A stretch of DNA of 63,456 nucleotides, counting the filler, from Guillardia theta CCMP2712 (taxonomy: Eukaryota; Protista; Cryptophyta), in the NCBI RefSeq assembly GCF_000315625.1. It is 7 parts of 7 records of this genome, joined end to end, with 100 filler letters (N's around TTAATTAATTAA, not from the genome) between each part and the next. Parts side by side here need not be neighbours in the genome. Positions count along the whole stretch, not along the records: positions 24,541 to 52,617 come from NW_005434607.1; positions 52,718 to 55,288 come from NW_005434079.1; positions 55,389 to 57,323 come from NW_005434055.1; positions 57,424 to 61,837 come from NW_005434163.1; 3 more parts are not named here. One strand, given 5' to 3'. The notes beneath the pieces are model-generated. The model saw nothing but the letters and a program-made list of their open reading frames with translations, did not search any database and was not told the origin of the DNA. Made by a program: the position numbers and the translations under genes. Shown one piece after another: positions 47,984-60,313 of the stretch (position 1 is its first letter; the number at the start of each line of letters is the position of its first letter).

Positions 47984-48522
47984 CTTCTTAGCAGTTCTGC
48001 GGGGACAGTCAACGACAGTGTTTGCAGGCCTCTCTCCCTCTTGTCCTGGAGATCTTAACCGCCCTGATGCTCCTCGACTGAGCTTATATGCATGTTCTGC
48101 TCTGTCCTGCCTGACCCACACTCCTTCATCCTTGGTACCCACAGCCTGACGTATGCGGCTCTATCTTCCATTTACTCCTTGCCACTGTCTCATATCTTTC
48201 TCTGCTGACCTCCCCTCCCAGCTTCTTCCTTTCTCCTCCTCGCCTGAATTCTCCCCTCCCTCCTCTTCTGCTGATTTCTCCCTTCTTCCTCCTCTCCCTC
48301 TCTCTTCCTCTCTTCCTCTCTCCTTCCTCTCTCCTTCCTCTCTCCTTCCTCTCTCCTTCCTCTCTCCTTCCTCCCTCCTTCCTCTCCCCAACCCTCTCCC
48401 CTCTCTCCCCAACCCTCTCCCCTCCCTCCCCCTCCCCTCCATTCCCCCTTATATCTCTCGCTCAAAAACTTGGTACGGATATCCCACACTGCCGGTCGTA
48501 CCGGGACGTTGAAAGTACCTCT

Positions 48523-51500
48523 ATGGTCGGAAGCGAAGGAAGGGCAGCGGCGGCGAGGAGGAGGAGCGCGGCGGAGGAGCGCGCTGCGTCGGAGCAGCAG
48601 GAGGATCCTGTGGTTGTAGTCTAGCCAGTTCCCTTGATACAGGAGGAGGAGGGCAGCTGCGATGGAGGAAGGACATGGTGGTACCTACAGCGGGCAGATC
48701 GTCCCAAGGTAGAGAGTGAGCTCGGCGAGTGCGATGGCGGTGGCTGAGATGATCCGATGCAGGTCATGGAGGAAGACGAACAGGCAAGCTTGCTCGATGC
48801 TTCCTGCCCCTGAAGATGCTGCCTGCAGGATGCCGCCCAGGTCGAAGAGCACTCCACTTACAGAGGTAGCAGGAGGAGCGGGGGGGAGGGGGGCGTTCTT
48901 GTCTGTGATGACGTCTGCTTGTAGAAACTTCGATATAGAGACGTAGAGGCCAGTGAGAGGTCGTTCGTCCCTCCCTCTGCCTCCCTCCTCTCCTTCTCCT
49001 CCCTCCTCTCTCTCTCTCCTCGCTCTCTCTTCTACCTCTACCTCACATCATGTCTCTCCCTCCCTCCATGTCTCTCTCTCCCTTCTTCGTCTTGGAATCT
49101 GGATTGTGCTCATGCACAGCAACACCAGTCACAAAGCAAAGGACATGGATTATTTCGATAAGGCGGATCGACATACTTTGAGCAGGTTTCGTTGATTCAA
49201 CAAGAGAATGCATGTTTGCAGTCATCATCTCCATCATCATCATCATCATCATCATCACCACCACCACCACCACCACCACCACCACCACCACCACCACCAC
49301 CACCATCATCATCATCATCTCATTCTCCATCTCCATCTCAATCTCCATCGTCTCTATCATAATCTCCATCATCTGAACTTCACTCTACTTTCACAAGGTC
49401 AAGTCCTGACTTCAGGTCAGGATCTATGCTCCACCAGGCGGCAGAGGGCACGGGAGGGAAGCCGGGCACGCGGAAGACAGGAGGCATCGCAAGGATGACT
49501 TCGATACTCTGAGCGAATATGACAAGGAGCTGTTCTCCAAGACTCCAGCTACCACGTGTGTTGTGATGCCTCATCCTGCGATGTGTTCCCTGATTCTTGT
49601 CCTTACGGGTGTGGGCACAGGTTGCCGTGGATCAAGAAAGGCGGGAAGCAGTCAGAAGTGAAGAGAGATGCGAGGAGAAAGAAGAATCCGTCGAACAGCA
49701 GTCTGTGAGCAGCTTGAGTGACAACATCGTCATCTTTGGTATGACTGCACTGGCAGTGCACCCAAGGGACGCCCGTCTGTGAAAACATTTGCTGGTGAGA
49801 GAATGCACGATGCGATGGAAAGATCCAAGACATCATGATACCGTGATGTGATAGAGTTGTTGATGAGGTTGATGAAGAAAATCATTGACGATGATGAACA
49901 AATTCGTTGATGTTGATGGAGAAATTCATGAGATTGATGTGGACAGTGTGAGATAGTCTGGCTGACGAGACTTGCCTGCAAGGCGGCCAATTGTCATCTG
50001 GAAAGACGAAGTCGATGCCTAACGTATGTCACTTTCTCCTTCTTTCTACCTCCTCCTCCTCCTCCTCCCCTATCCTTTTTCCTATATGGGACTGACAGTG
50101 ATGACGACAAGTTGATGAGGAGAGTGTCTCCCCCGGATTATGACGGTGAGTGGCACGTGGAGGTGAAAATGGCATGACGGCCATCGAAGAGTTCCTTGCC
50201 AATCAAGAGGAGATGGAGGAAAAGAGCAACTTCCGTCAGCTCTACGTGCGGGGACAGAGATCGCCGCCAGGGGCATGCCGTGCTGACAGCCATGGCAGGA
50301 GGACGATGCCGCCAGTCTCTTCCCTTTCGTCCGGCAGAACGTCGGCTCGAGCAGGAACGAGTCGCACCAGGTGCGTTGGAACTAATCCCTTCCTCCCCGC
50401 CCTTGACCCTTCGACCACGAGCAGACGCGCTTCGACTTCCTGCGACTAGACACTGGTGCTCCCCTGCTGACTGACCCGCCCCAATCTGACGACAAGGCGC
50501 CTCCGTCTGTTGAGCAGGGAGCTCCAAGCACTCTATCATGACCAGTGATCACGGCAGCCCCTTGGAGTACCATGGATCCAAGTGAGAGGGACGCGTTCCC
50601 CCTCGGGTAGCTCCTGACCTGCCGCCCAGCTTCTCGAGCCCAAGAAAGAACGAGGTCGACTATTTCTCGGTAAGTCGCCTGGGGGCTGCTGGAAGTGCTT
50701 GACAAGTTTGCGCTCTCGCCAGGGCCAGCCGGTCCAGAGGGATGTGCTGGCATCGAGGGTGATGGGGGAAAGTCAGCGGTTTGCGATCCTCACTCTCTCC
50801 TACTCGCAGGCAAAATCGAAAGGGAGCGGGCAGGCGAGTCCGATCAAGGTTGTGTCCTCTTCCGTGCGTTGCCAGTCTGAACGTGCTGTGATGTGCAGGA
50901 CGGGAGGCAGTTTGTTCCTCTGCTGGTGAAGATGCAAGAGTCTTGGTGGGAGGAGATGATGATGAAGGGCTTCCAGGAGAGGGAAGGCGAGGAGGAGAAC
51001 GAGTGGGACGAGGAAGACGACAATCGGTCTGTCAGGACGCTGCTAGCGCTGGGGGGGGAGGTTGACAGGGAGCAGGAGAGTGCTGGAGAGGTTGGTGATC
51101 GAGTGGATCATACAGGTTCGTGGGAGATGTTTGAGGTCGCGAGTTGTGTTGTTGTGTGAATAGTAGTATGTCTTACTGTCCGCTATGTGATTTCACTCAC
51201 TTTCTCTATTTGAACAAGAGTGATATGTTGTGATAATGATGCAATGCGACGTCATTCATTTTCCTCCGTCGAAAGCTCACTTTTCATACGCTTTCAGGAG
51301 CTAGAGGAGATTATCGAAAGCAACCGGTAAAAGACTGCACTATGATCCTCATTACCGATCACGCAAGCACGTGGGTTCTGATGATTGAACCAACTCCTCG
51401 TCCTCCTCGCAGGTTCCACATGCGATACTTGTACGAGTTTCTTGCGGAAAGAGATGTTCCTTTCAGAAAGGTGGTCGAGGTGATACAAGATCTGTGTGCT

Positions 51501-52078
51501 TATGATCCTGCAGGTTGAGGTGAAAGCGTTTGTAACCAAGATCTACAAGAAGGTAGGGATTAAACTGGAGGAGGAGGAGGAGGAGGAGGAGTGAAGGGGA
51601 GTTGGGAGGGGAGAAGGTTTCAGAGAATCATGAGTATGAGCAGATTTATTTGCTCTGGGATGCCTACAAGAAGAACGGGCAGGTTTTGATGGAAGCTTGA
51701 GATGATTTTCATGCTGACAAGTCGATCCCAGAAGTCAATGGAGACAGATCATGCCGTTCAGATGTTGGAAGCCAAGTGAGATGCTCTTGCTCTTGCTCTT
51801 GATCTTGCTGTTGATGATAATAGTGATGGCGGCGGTGTTGTTGGTAATGATGATGATGATGATGATGATGTTGTTGTTGTTGTTGTTGTTGTTGTTTGTG
51901 TGGTTGATGATGATGATAATGATGATGATGATGATGATGATGATGACGATGTTGTTGTTGTTGTTGATGATGATGATGATTATGTTGGTGTTGGTGTTGG
52001 TGTTGGTGCTGTTTGTGATGGTGTTGTTGTTTGTGATGTTGTTGTTGTTGTTGATGATGATTATGTTGTTGTTGTTGT

Positions 52079-52118
<40 letters not shown>

Positions 52119-52330
52119 CATGATCATGATCATGAATTTACCCACGATGACTCGTCAACTTTCAAACGCTATCTCACCATCTCAACCCCTTGCAATCACT
52201 AGAGGGCTCAAGGACGAGGACGGCAGCTACGTCGACGTGATCTTTAGTCACTTTCACGTTGTTTCTTCGCTTGCGAGACTTCGAGGATGACGAGGGTGAT
52301 CAGATGAAGTTCGGGGGCAAGAGGACGGCA
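48523..52330 (+). CDS. Probable multi-exon gene of unknown function (boundaries approximate)
   Basis: Series of short coding-like segments flanked by ctgac...cag acceptors and gt donors. No recognisable domain. Confidence 0.35.
51780..52135. repeat. (GAT)n/(GTT)n compound trinucleotide microsatellite
   Basis: Read directly. Confidence 0.9.
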
Positions 52331-52555
52331 ACGGCACAGAGCAGCTTGACGAGCAAACGAGAGGAGAAGAAACCAGGTGAGGAGGAGAGGAGGGAGCGCT
52401 GTGGGATGAGCCAGGGGAGGGAGGGAGGGAAAGAGGAAGAGGGAGGGAGAGAGTGAGGATGGATCAAGTGTTGTGGGCGAAAGGATGAAATGATAATGAC
52501 GACACTCCAAGCTGAAAAGGGAGAAGAGCAGGAGCAGGAGCAGGAGCAAGAGCAA

Positions 52556-52617
<62 letters not shown>

Positions 52618-52717
52618 NNNNNNNNNNNNNNNNNNNNNNNNNNNNNNNNNNNNNNNNNNNNTTAATTAATTAANNNNNNNNNNNNNNNNNNNNNNNNNNN
52701 NNNNNNNNNNNNNNNNN

Positions 52718-54477
52718 ACGGCATACCCAACGGGTTCGGCTCCATCCTCTGGCCTGACGGCTCCGAGTACCACGGGGAGATGAAGGGAGGGAGGATGCAC
52801 GGGGAAGGCCTCTACGTCTTCCAGGACAGGAGGCAGTTCCGAGGGAAGTTCGAGGGAGGCAACCCAGTGTCAGGCAGGATGAGGGATGAAGCTGGAGCTC
52901 TGCTGGGTCTGACGTTCGATGGGGCCCAGCCGATCTGGGAGGAGCCGACGCCTGTGCAGCGCGATGAGCTGCCTGCTCGCGTCCTCCCGGAGTTTCGGCT
53001 CGACACCTGCGCCAGCATCCTCCTTTCGCATGCCCAGGAACAGCTCCCTCCTCCTCCTCAGCTCACCCCCCACCATTACAGGCACATGCGCGACGTCTCA
53101 GCTCGGGTGGTCTGGGCTCGTCCAAGCTACGCTGACGTTCCTCTCTGGAACGCCGCGGAGGTTCGCGGCAAGATCGTCGCCGTCCTGCGAGGCCCCAAAC
53201 CTCCAGCAAGGGCCGTACCTTACAACATCAAGGTCCTCCATGCCCAGCAGGCTGGAGCTGCTGGGGTCGTGCTGGTGGACCCCGAGATCACGACGGAGCC
53301 GTTGATCGCGCGAGTTCACGACGAGCCGGCGGTCAAGATCGTGATTCCTGTGTGCGCGACGGTCAACACGCCGAACAAGCCGCGGGGGAGCAGCCTGCTG
53401 GTCAACGACGCGATGGTGAGCATGGTGTTCGCTCCTCTGGGGCTCAAGTGGATCCCGCCGGGGATGAAGATCGGCTTCATCAAGATCCCTCCCCAGCAGA
53501 TCGGCGACCTGTCGCTGAGCAAGAGCAAGGAGCAGGAGCTCATGAAGCAGTTCTTCGAGGCACGGAAGCAGGAGAGGAAGCAAGAGGTGTCGATGCTGCA
53601 AGAGCAGAAGAACAAGGCAGCGAGCCAGCCCGACGCCTGGGACCTCGGGAAGGAATGGTTCTCAGGTCACCTCCTTGACTCGCTGAACCCCCGCAAAGAA
53701 GACCCTGGGCTGGACACTGCTCAGGCCGTGCGGGAGGGGCTGAAGAGGAAGACGAGGGCCATCCTTGAGAAGTACGCGAGCGCGGAGCAGGCGCAGAAGC
53801 TGCAGCAGACGGCAGAGGTGAGGGAAGTGACGCTCGAGCGAGGCTGACAGGAGAGGCAGGTGGGAGCAGCGTTCTTCTCAGACCTTCTCCGAGGAGCGAG
53901 AGCCTCTATGACAGGGGAAAGCGCGCAGACGTTCATGCTTCCCTCCTACTTCCTTGCTTGGAGCCCCGAGCAGAAGCTGCAGGTCGTCATGGACGAGATC
54001 CGAAGCAGCTCCTCGCTGCGAGCTGAGAAGCTCCGGGCAGCAGCTGAGTGTCTGCAGGGGGTAGGGATGAAGTCCAAGTTCGTGCAGGCCGGGGGGGTAG
54101 AGCTGGTGCTGCAGGGGATGCAAGGGAACATGGAGGATGAGGAGGTTCAGGTGGAGGGCTGCCGGGTGCTCACTGAGATGGCGATCGAGGAGGGCATGCG
54201 GGAGGAGCTGGGGAGGAGGGGAGTGATCGCCTGCGCTATCGACGTGATGAGGCGGCACGGGAGGAACGAGGGACTCCAGCAGGACCTGTGCTCGCTGCTC
54301 GCCCTGCTGGCCTGCGGGAGCGACGACAACGTGCGGAGAATTCAGGAGGAAGGAGCGCTGGATGTGATCCTGGATGGGATGCGGGGGGAGGAGGACGGGG
54401 AAGCAGCTTCAATGGATCCTGCGTGGGAAGAACTTCTTCCTCGTCTGCCTTCGGCTGTGCTGACCTTCAGCTCGTGA
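52718..54477 (+). CDS. MORN repeat + PA (protease-associated) domain + ARM repeat protein (partial, probably spliced)
   Basis: GFGSILWPDGSEYHGEMKGGRMHGEGLY (MORN); VRGKIVAVLRG...KVLHAQQAGAAGVVLVD...IPV (PA); AGGVELVLQGM....EEVQVEGCRVL (ARM). Confidence 0.72.
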
Positions 54478-54776
54478 CGTGCTGGAGGAGAGAGACAAGG
54501 AATCACGACGCGGGAGCAGGAGCAGGAGGAGCAGGAGGAGCAGGAGGAGGAGCAGGAGCAGGAGCAGGAGGGGGGGGGGGTTAAAAGAATTCATTTAAAT
54601 TGTGAGTATTGCGAGGCTAGTTCATGTTCTTCATCATTCAAATGCTGGTTCGAAGCGATCTCCTGCATGAAGCCTTGAGTGAACCCTAAAACCTTCCTCC
54701 CTCCTCCCTCCTCCCTCCCTCCCTCCCTCCCTCTCTCCCTTCCCCTCCCTTCCCTCTTTCTCTTTGTCTTTGTCTT

Positions 54777-54815
<39 letters not shown>

Positions 54816-55139
54816 ACAGTCACTCCTCCTCCTCCTCCTCCTCCTCCTCCTCCTCCTCCTACATCCGTCTCTTAACTGACTGTCCCTGTATCTCACACCT
54901 GAACCTTGCCCACATCTCTCCTCCTTCTCTTCATTCTTCTGCTTTTCCTCTCCCTCCTGCTCGTCCTGCTTCTCCTCCTCTCCTCCTCTTGTGCCCCTTA
55001 CCTGCCAACCCTCTGACAGTCGTTCGCTCATCGTCGCAGAGATGCTTGAGACCCAGGGGCTCGTGGTTGACGTACTGAAAGGACAGGAAAGAACAGTCAA
55101 GTCAAGACCGTGATGAAGGGGAGGAGGAGGACGAGCAGG

Positions 55140-55217
<78 letters not shown>

Positions 55218-55779
55218 AGAAGGAGCAGGAGCAGGAGGTGAAGCGAGTGGCGGCAGGAGCAGCAGGTGAAGCTGGAAAACAACCTTGGNNNNNNNNNNNN
55301 NNNNNNNNNNNNNNNNNNNNNNNNNNNNNNNNTTAATTAATTAANNNNNNNNNNNNNNNNNNNNNNNNNNNNNNNNNNNNNNNNNNNNGTGGCAGGGGAG
55401 GGGGAGGAGGAGGAGGAAGGGGAGGGGGGCGGGGGCGGGGGAGGGGAGAGGAGGAGAAGAAAATACGAGGAACTAGTAAGAGAGGAGCGGATGGTGGGCA
55501 GAGGTTGAGGAAACGGACGAAAATGATGTGCCAGAGGTGGTGAAGACGAGGACGGCAGAGGGAGAGGAGGGGAGCTCAGAGTTTTCGGACGGCTGAGGTG
55601 TTTACAAGACATAAACAGAGGAAGCGACAATTCTACAAGTTCAGGAGGCAGGATGGGAGTGGTGTGTGGAGGAGGTAGGAGGTCTCGAGCATGGGTGGCA
55701 GCAATGACCCAGTGTGTCCTGCCAGTGGATCTTACCCCGTAACCTTGCAGCGTGTGGGACAAGACCATCCTAAGGAAGG

Positions 55780-56900
55780 ATGTACACCTCTTCCCAGCAC
55801 GTGCCGGAGAGGAATCAGGATGCGACCATCTATGTCGGGAACATCACTGAGAAGTGCACGGAGGAGATCCTGTGGGAGCTGTTCCTGCAGGTATCCTGCC
55901 CCAGCTCCATGCGCAGGGCTTCTTACCTCCTCCCTCCAGGCAGGGCCTGTCGTGAATGTGCACATACCCAGGGACAAAGTCACTACCGTGCACTCCGGCT
56001 TCGGGTTTGTTGAGTTCAGGTCGGAGGAAGATGCCGAATACGCGATCAAGATTATGAACATGATAAAGCTACACGGACAGGTCCGAAGACTTGCTGCTTG
56101 TTGTTGGCTGACTATCCTCTGCAGCCGCTGCGACTGAACAAGAAAGCCAGCGGAGAGATCAAAGTGCTCGATGTTGGGGCGAACCTTTTCATCGGTGAGC
56201 TCTCAGGACGGGCATGCTCGCGCTGCTGCTGACGCCAGGATAGGAAATTTGGAGCCCGAGGTAGATGAGAAGCTCCTGTACGATACGTTCTCTGCTTTCG
56301 GCGTGATCGTGGGCAACACGCCCAAGTGTATGCGCGACCCTGAGACCGGGCAGTCGAAGGTGAGGGAGGAGGAGGAGGAGGAGGATCGAGTGACGGAAGG
56401 GCAGGGGTTTGCGTTTGTCAACTACGATTGTTTCGAAGCTGCTGATATGGCGATCGAGGTAGGGGAGGTGGGTGAGGGTAAAACAAACTTGACGCCGTTG
56501 CAGGCGATGAACGGACAATATCTGTGCGGTAGACCGATCTCAGTGCAGGTAGAGACGAGCGACTGATGTGCTCGTGGATGATGTTGGTGTCAGTACGCAT
56601 ACAAGAAGGACGGGTCGAAGGGCGAGCGGCACGGAAGGTGGGAGAGAAGGAAGATGGGGGAGGAGAAGGCAGAGGAGAGATGCTGAGGAGCATCGGGAGG
56701 CGAGTGGAGGGCATGCTCACCGCCTGAGGGACAGGGAGAGAGAATGGAGACGAAGTGGAAGTAGGGGAGAGAAAGGGAGGAGAGGAGGACGAGGGGGTTA
56801 AGGTGGAGGCGAGAGAGGGTCCTGGAGTTTTCCTAGGCTAAAGTCATTTCTAGCGTTGCGGAGCGTCTGCTTGCCGCCAACAATCCCGAGAAGGTCGAAC
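55780..56900 (+). CDS. SF3B4: Splicing factor 3B subunit 4 (SAP49), two RRMs, multi-exon
   Basis: [12 protein letters not shown]...[23 protein letters not shown]...[23 protein letters not shown]; [28 protein letters not shown]; YAYKKD..GERHG; AERLLAA. Confidence 0.95.
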
Positions 56901-57498
56901 TTCCTGACCCTGCTTCTCGTCCTCCCCCTTGCCCCTCTTCCCTGCCCCTGCCCCTCCTCCTCCTCCTCCTCCACCTGCTCCTCCTGCTTCGAGCTTGACA
57001 TAAGTGCACTACCGGATGCTGACTTCTAGGGTCCCACTGACGCTGTACAAATCGTATTTCCGGGGAGGCTTTTCCGCGTTCCTGCACGCCCGGTCACAAG
57101 TAGGCCTTTGGGTGTCACGCGAATACCAAGGAAGATAATGGGGCGAAACATGGACCAAACAGCTCTCTCCCTTGCAGTGGCCTCACCAAATTCGAATCCG
57201 AATATACTTGCTCACCTTATTTCAAGAGTAAGAACCTATATCCACTCTCCAGCACAGCTCATATCTCTCGGTTCCGAACATTTGAGTCGAGGATCCGCAG
57301 GTGCACATCTTGCTCTTTCAAGGNNNNNNNNNNNNNNNNNNNNNNNNNNNNNNNNNNNNNNNNNNNNTTAATTAATTAANNNNNNNNNNNNNNNNNNNNN
57401 NNNNNNNNNNNNNNNNNNNNNNNAATGGGGGGCGTTTTTTACCGAGTTAGGATCATAATAACGTTGATCCCAAGACAGCCCTTGACGAATCCAAGTCC

Positions 57499-58368
57499 TT
57501 GCTCCGGAAACTCGTCTTATACTTCGTCCTCACCTTTATCGTGGTGATCGTCTTCACGGGCCTCTTCCTGGGCATCAAGAACTCCTGCGACCAGGACATC
57601 TGCAACTTCGACCCGGTGACCACGCTGTCCCTGATGTCTGTGTTCCTGGTCATCCTGTTTGTCCTCGTCATTCCGTACTTCTACCAGAGCAGCAAGACCC
57701 ACATCGTCGATGCCCTGCGGATGATGGTGAACGGCGAGCATGACAGTTACACCATTGCGTACAGGGATGCCAATGACGCCACGGTCTACAAGGTCTCGGA
57801 CTCGCTGAACTCGCAGGCGCAGCTCGAGCAGCTCTGGCTGGACGTGATGCTGGTCCCGGCGATGGTCGCGCTCTCGATCGGGACGGTGCTGACGCGCCAG
57901 TGGACCGACAACGGCATCCTGTACTACTACGCCGTGCTCGTCGGTTTCTTCACTGTCGTGAGCATGTCGAACGATTGGATGACGTCGTTCTGGACGCGGT
58001 CCTTGAGGCTCTCTGGCGACCTGGGCATGAAGGGATCCGCCGTGTACGACCACTACCAGGGGTACAAGGACATGGTGACGTACGTGCAGCTCTTCATCCT
58101 CGTCGCGCTCATCTTCACGGCAGTGCCCACGGAGAGCATCACGGCCTACAGCTACATCCTCTTCTACAACTGGCTGTACTTTGTGTTCGGGCTGTTTGCC
58201 GTGTACATGCTCCCCGATTTCATCAATGACAGGGCAGCGCTCAACATCCACACGGTCACGGCGATGAAGCAGACGGCTGTGCTCCTGCTCGTCTTCACCC
58301 TCGTGATCACCCTAAGTGTGACGGAGTGGGTCAAGAAGGACATCTTTGCGTACCAGGGGTTGGTGTAG
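57499..58368 (+). CDS. Intronless multi-pass membrane protein of unknown function (virus-like contig; 5' end uncertain)
   Basis: 289-aa ORF with ~7 hydrophobic segments and strong C/G third-position bias. Confidence 0.7.
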   Translation: MLRKLVLYFVLTFIVVIVFTGLFLGIKNSCDQDICNFDPVTTLSLMSVFLVILFVLVIPYFYQSSKTHIVDALRMMVNGEHDSYTIAYRDANDATVYKVSDSLNSQAQLEQLWLDVMLVPAMVALSIGTVLTRQWTDNGILYYYAVLVGFFTVVSMSNDWMTSFWTRSLRLSGDLGMKGSAVYDHYQGYKDMVTYVQLFILVALIFTAVPTESITAYSYILFYNWLYFVFGLFAVYMLPDFINDRAALNIHTVTAMKQTAVLLLVFTLVITLSVTEWVKKDIFAYQGLV

Positions 58369-58481
58369 AATGCGAAAGTTTGTTTAATGAATGTAAGAGA
58401 AAGATGGAATTCCGCAACACCCGATCGTACCATTTAAGGACTTGCCTCGCCCCCCTGCGCAGAAGTGCCCGCCCGACCGCC

Positions 58482-59453
58482 ATGGCCCTGCTGGCACCGC
58501 AACCTGGGTACTTCTATCAACCGTTCCATGAACGCTACCGCTGTCATTCTACCCTTCCTACCCTTGACTCCCATCTCGAGCTCATGAGCTCTATCTCGTC
58601 CAACCCGGAGGTCCTCGACCTCATCGACGACCACCTGCAGGGGCAGCTTTGGGAGGACGTCAAGGAGTTCATCTCCGCGAATCCCGACATCCTGGATAGG
58701 TTGGATAGGCATACGCTGGCGGGATTGGTGGATTGGTTAAAGAAGAAAGGGAAGGCAGCTTACGATTATGCAAAGGATAAGGCGACGAAAGCCGCCGATT
58801 ATATAAGGGAAAAACTTAAGAAGAAGACGAAGGAAGGAGATGAAACTTCCGAGGAAGAATCGGAGGAAAACCAGCCTGCTGCAGCCACTGCAAGCAATCA
58901 CTTCGGTGCCTCCATCCGTGGCTGCAGGACCGTCTCCCCCGCGGACCTCACCCACCTGAAGCTCACGATCATGCAGGACCCGGATGTCCTCGATGACATG
59001 AACGCCCACCTCCGCGACGGCCTGTGGCAGGCGATGAAGGGCGTCATCGCCGCCGACCCCGCGCTGATCCACCACCTGCCGTGCTTCCAGGGTTTCTGGA
59101 CGAATAAGGATGGAACCGATGGTTGGCTCAAGGGTGCGGGAAAAAAAGTCATGAATGCCGGCAAACATGTGAACAACCTGATCAACAAGGACCCACACGG
59201 ACTTCGACACATGAGTACAGAGGAGATTCAAAAACTAACTAAAAAAAGAAAAGATGAGGCTGAAGCTAATCATGCGAAGCATGCCGCCAGACGAGAGGCG
59301 GAGAGGGCTTTTCAAGACTTAGAAAATTCAAAGAAGTACATGCGCAGCCCCTTCCATCCATACCCCTACGACACCATCGGCATCCGCGTCCCGGTCTACG
59401 GCGGGGACGGGAAGCTGAGCTCCTCGATGCTAGACAGATACGCTATGCACTAG
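58482..59453 (+). CDS. Hypothetical protein with two internal helical repeats, each followed by a cationic amphipathic segment
   Basis: HLELMSSISSNPEVLDLIDDHLQGQLWEDVKEFISANPDILDRL versus HLKLTIMQDPDVLDDMNAHLRDGLWQAMKGVIAADPALIHHL. Confidence 0.65.
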   Translation: MALLAPQPGYFYQPFHERYRCHSTLPTLDSHLELMSSISSNPEVLDLIDDHLQGQLWEDVKEFISANPDILDRLDRHTLAGLVDWLKKKGKAAYDYAKDKATKAADYIREKLKKKTKEGDETSEEESEENQPAAATASNHFGASIRGCRTVSPADLTHLKLTIMQDPDVLDDMNAHLRDGLWQAMKGVIAADPALIHHLPCFQGFWTNKDGTDGWLKGAGKKVMNAGKHVNNLINKDPHGLRHMSTEEIQKLTKKRKDEAEANHAKHAARREAERAFQDLENSKKYMRSPFHPYPYDTIGIRVPVYGGDGKLSSSMLDRYAMH

Positions 59454-59472
59454 ACTTGTTAAATAAGTAAAA

Positions 59473-59775
59473 TTAGTTTTGAACGATCTTATCATACAAC
59501 CGCGTCATGGACCTGACAAACTCCATCCGATCGCGGGTGAGGGTGGGGCACTCGCGGAAGAGGTGCTGGACGACGTGCTCGGCGGTCTCGGCCTCGGATA
59601 AGAAAAAGGCGGTGTAGCTAGGCCGGGAGTCGGCAGCAGCGGGGCCGAGGATGCCGTTGATGATGTCGGTGAGGTCGATGAGGTCGGAGGCCTCGGCCTT
59701 GCGCTCCAGCCTGACGCGCTTGGAGTAGGACGGCTTCCCGACCCCACAGGGCGCGCCCGACTTGGAGCGCATCAC
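59473..59775 (-). CDS. Small hypothetical protein (virus-like contig)
   Basis: Intronless 100-aa ORF converging on a 19-nt AT-rich spacer. Confidence 0.5.
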   Translation of the reverse strand: MMRSKSGAPCGVGKPSYSKRVRLERKAEASDLIDLTDIINGILGPAAADSRPSYTAFFLSEAETAEHVVQHLFRECPTLTRDRMEFVRSMTRLYDKIVQN

Positions 59776-59803
59776 CTGTAGCTCATCGTCACCCGCGCAG
59801 ATT

Positions 59804-60175
59804 CTAAATACACCCCTCCCAACGACTCACGGTAAACCGCGTTGCAGTGCGCTTCTTCTCCACGAGGAGCTGCGTGGGGATGCGGAGCTTCAGCCTCCCG
59901 TCGGGAAGGCGCTCGACGTTGCGGAAGCCCTTCGTCAGGCGGACGTGCCGGAACATGGCCTTCTGGATCCTGAGGCTCAGGGTGTAGTAACTCTCCCCCA
60001 TCCGGATCGCCGGGAACTGGTCCTGCAGCCCCCCGCCCGACGGCTGGAACCAGCTGCAGTAGCACTCCCTCCTCACCAGGTGCCGGATCATGTCACGGCA
60101 GCACGGGCTCCGCTCATGCTCCCAGGCCTTGCCCGCCACCACCAGCTGGTTGCGGGTGAGGTCGACCTGCTTCAT
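59804..60175 (-). CDS. Small hypothetical protein (virus-like contig)
   Basis: Intronless 123-aa ATG ORF, tandem with the preceding ORF (28-nt gap). Confidence 0.5.
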   Translation of the reverse strand: MKQVDLTRNQLVVAGKAWEHERSPCCRDMIRHLVRRECYCSWFQPSGGGLQDQFPAIRMGESYYTLSLRIQKAMFRHVRLTKGFRNVERLPDGRLKLRIPTQLLVEKKRTATRFTVSRWEGCI

Positions 60176-60313
60176 TCCCTCCCCTCCCCCTTCGTCCCCT
60201 CCCCCAGCGACCTCCGTGGATTGAGCCTAAAAGGACTTGCTGCACGGTGTCGATGCACCCTGCCGCATATTTAAAGATCATCGCACACGCGTCGGAAAGG
60301 GCACGGTTGTACG

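Noticed and set aside
49208-49498. Poly-His ORF, and poly-Met/Leu/Asp ORFs at 51735-52290
   Set aside because: Translations of intronic trinucleotide microsatellites.
57499-58368. Possible rhodopsin (about 7 TM with a Lys near the last helix)
   Set aside because: No DxxxK/SxxxK retinal-binding context or RYxxW motif is visible.
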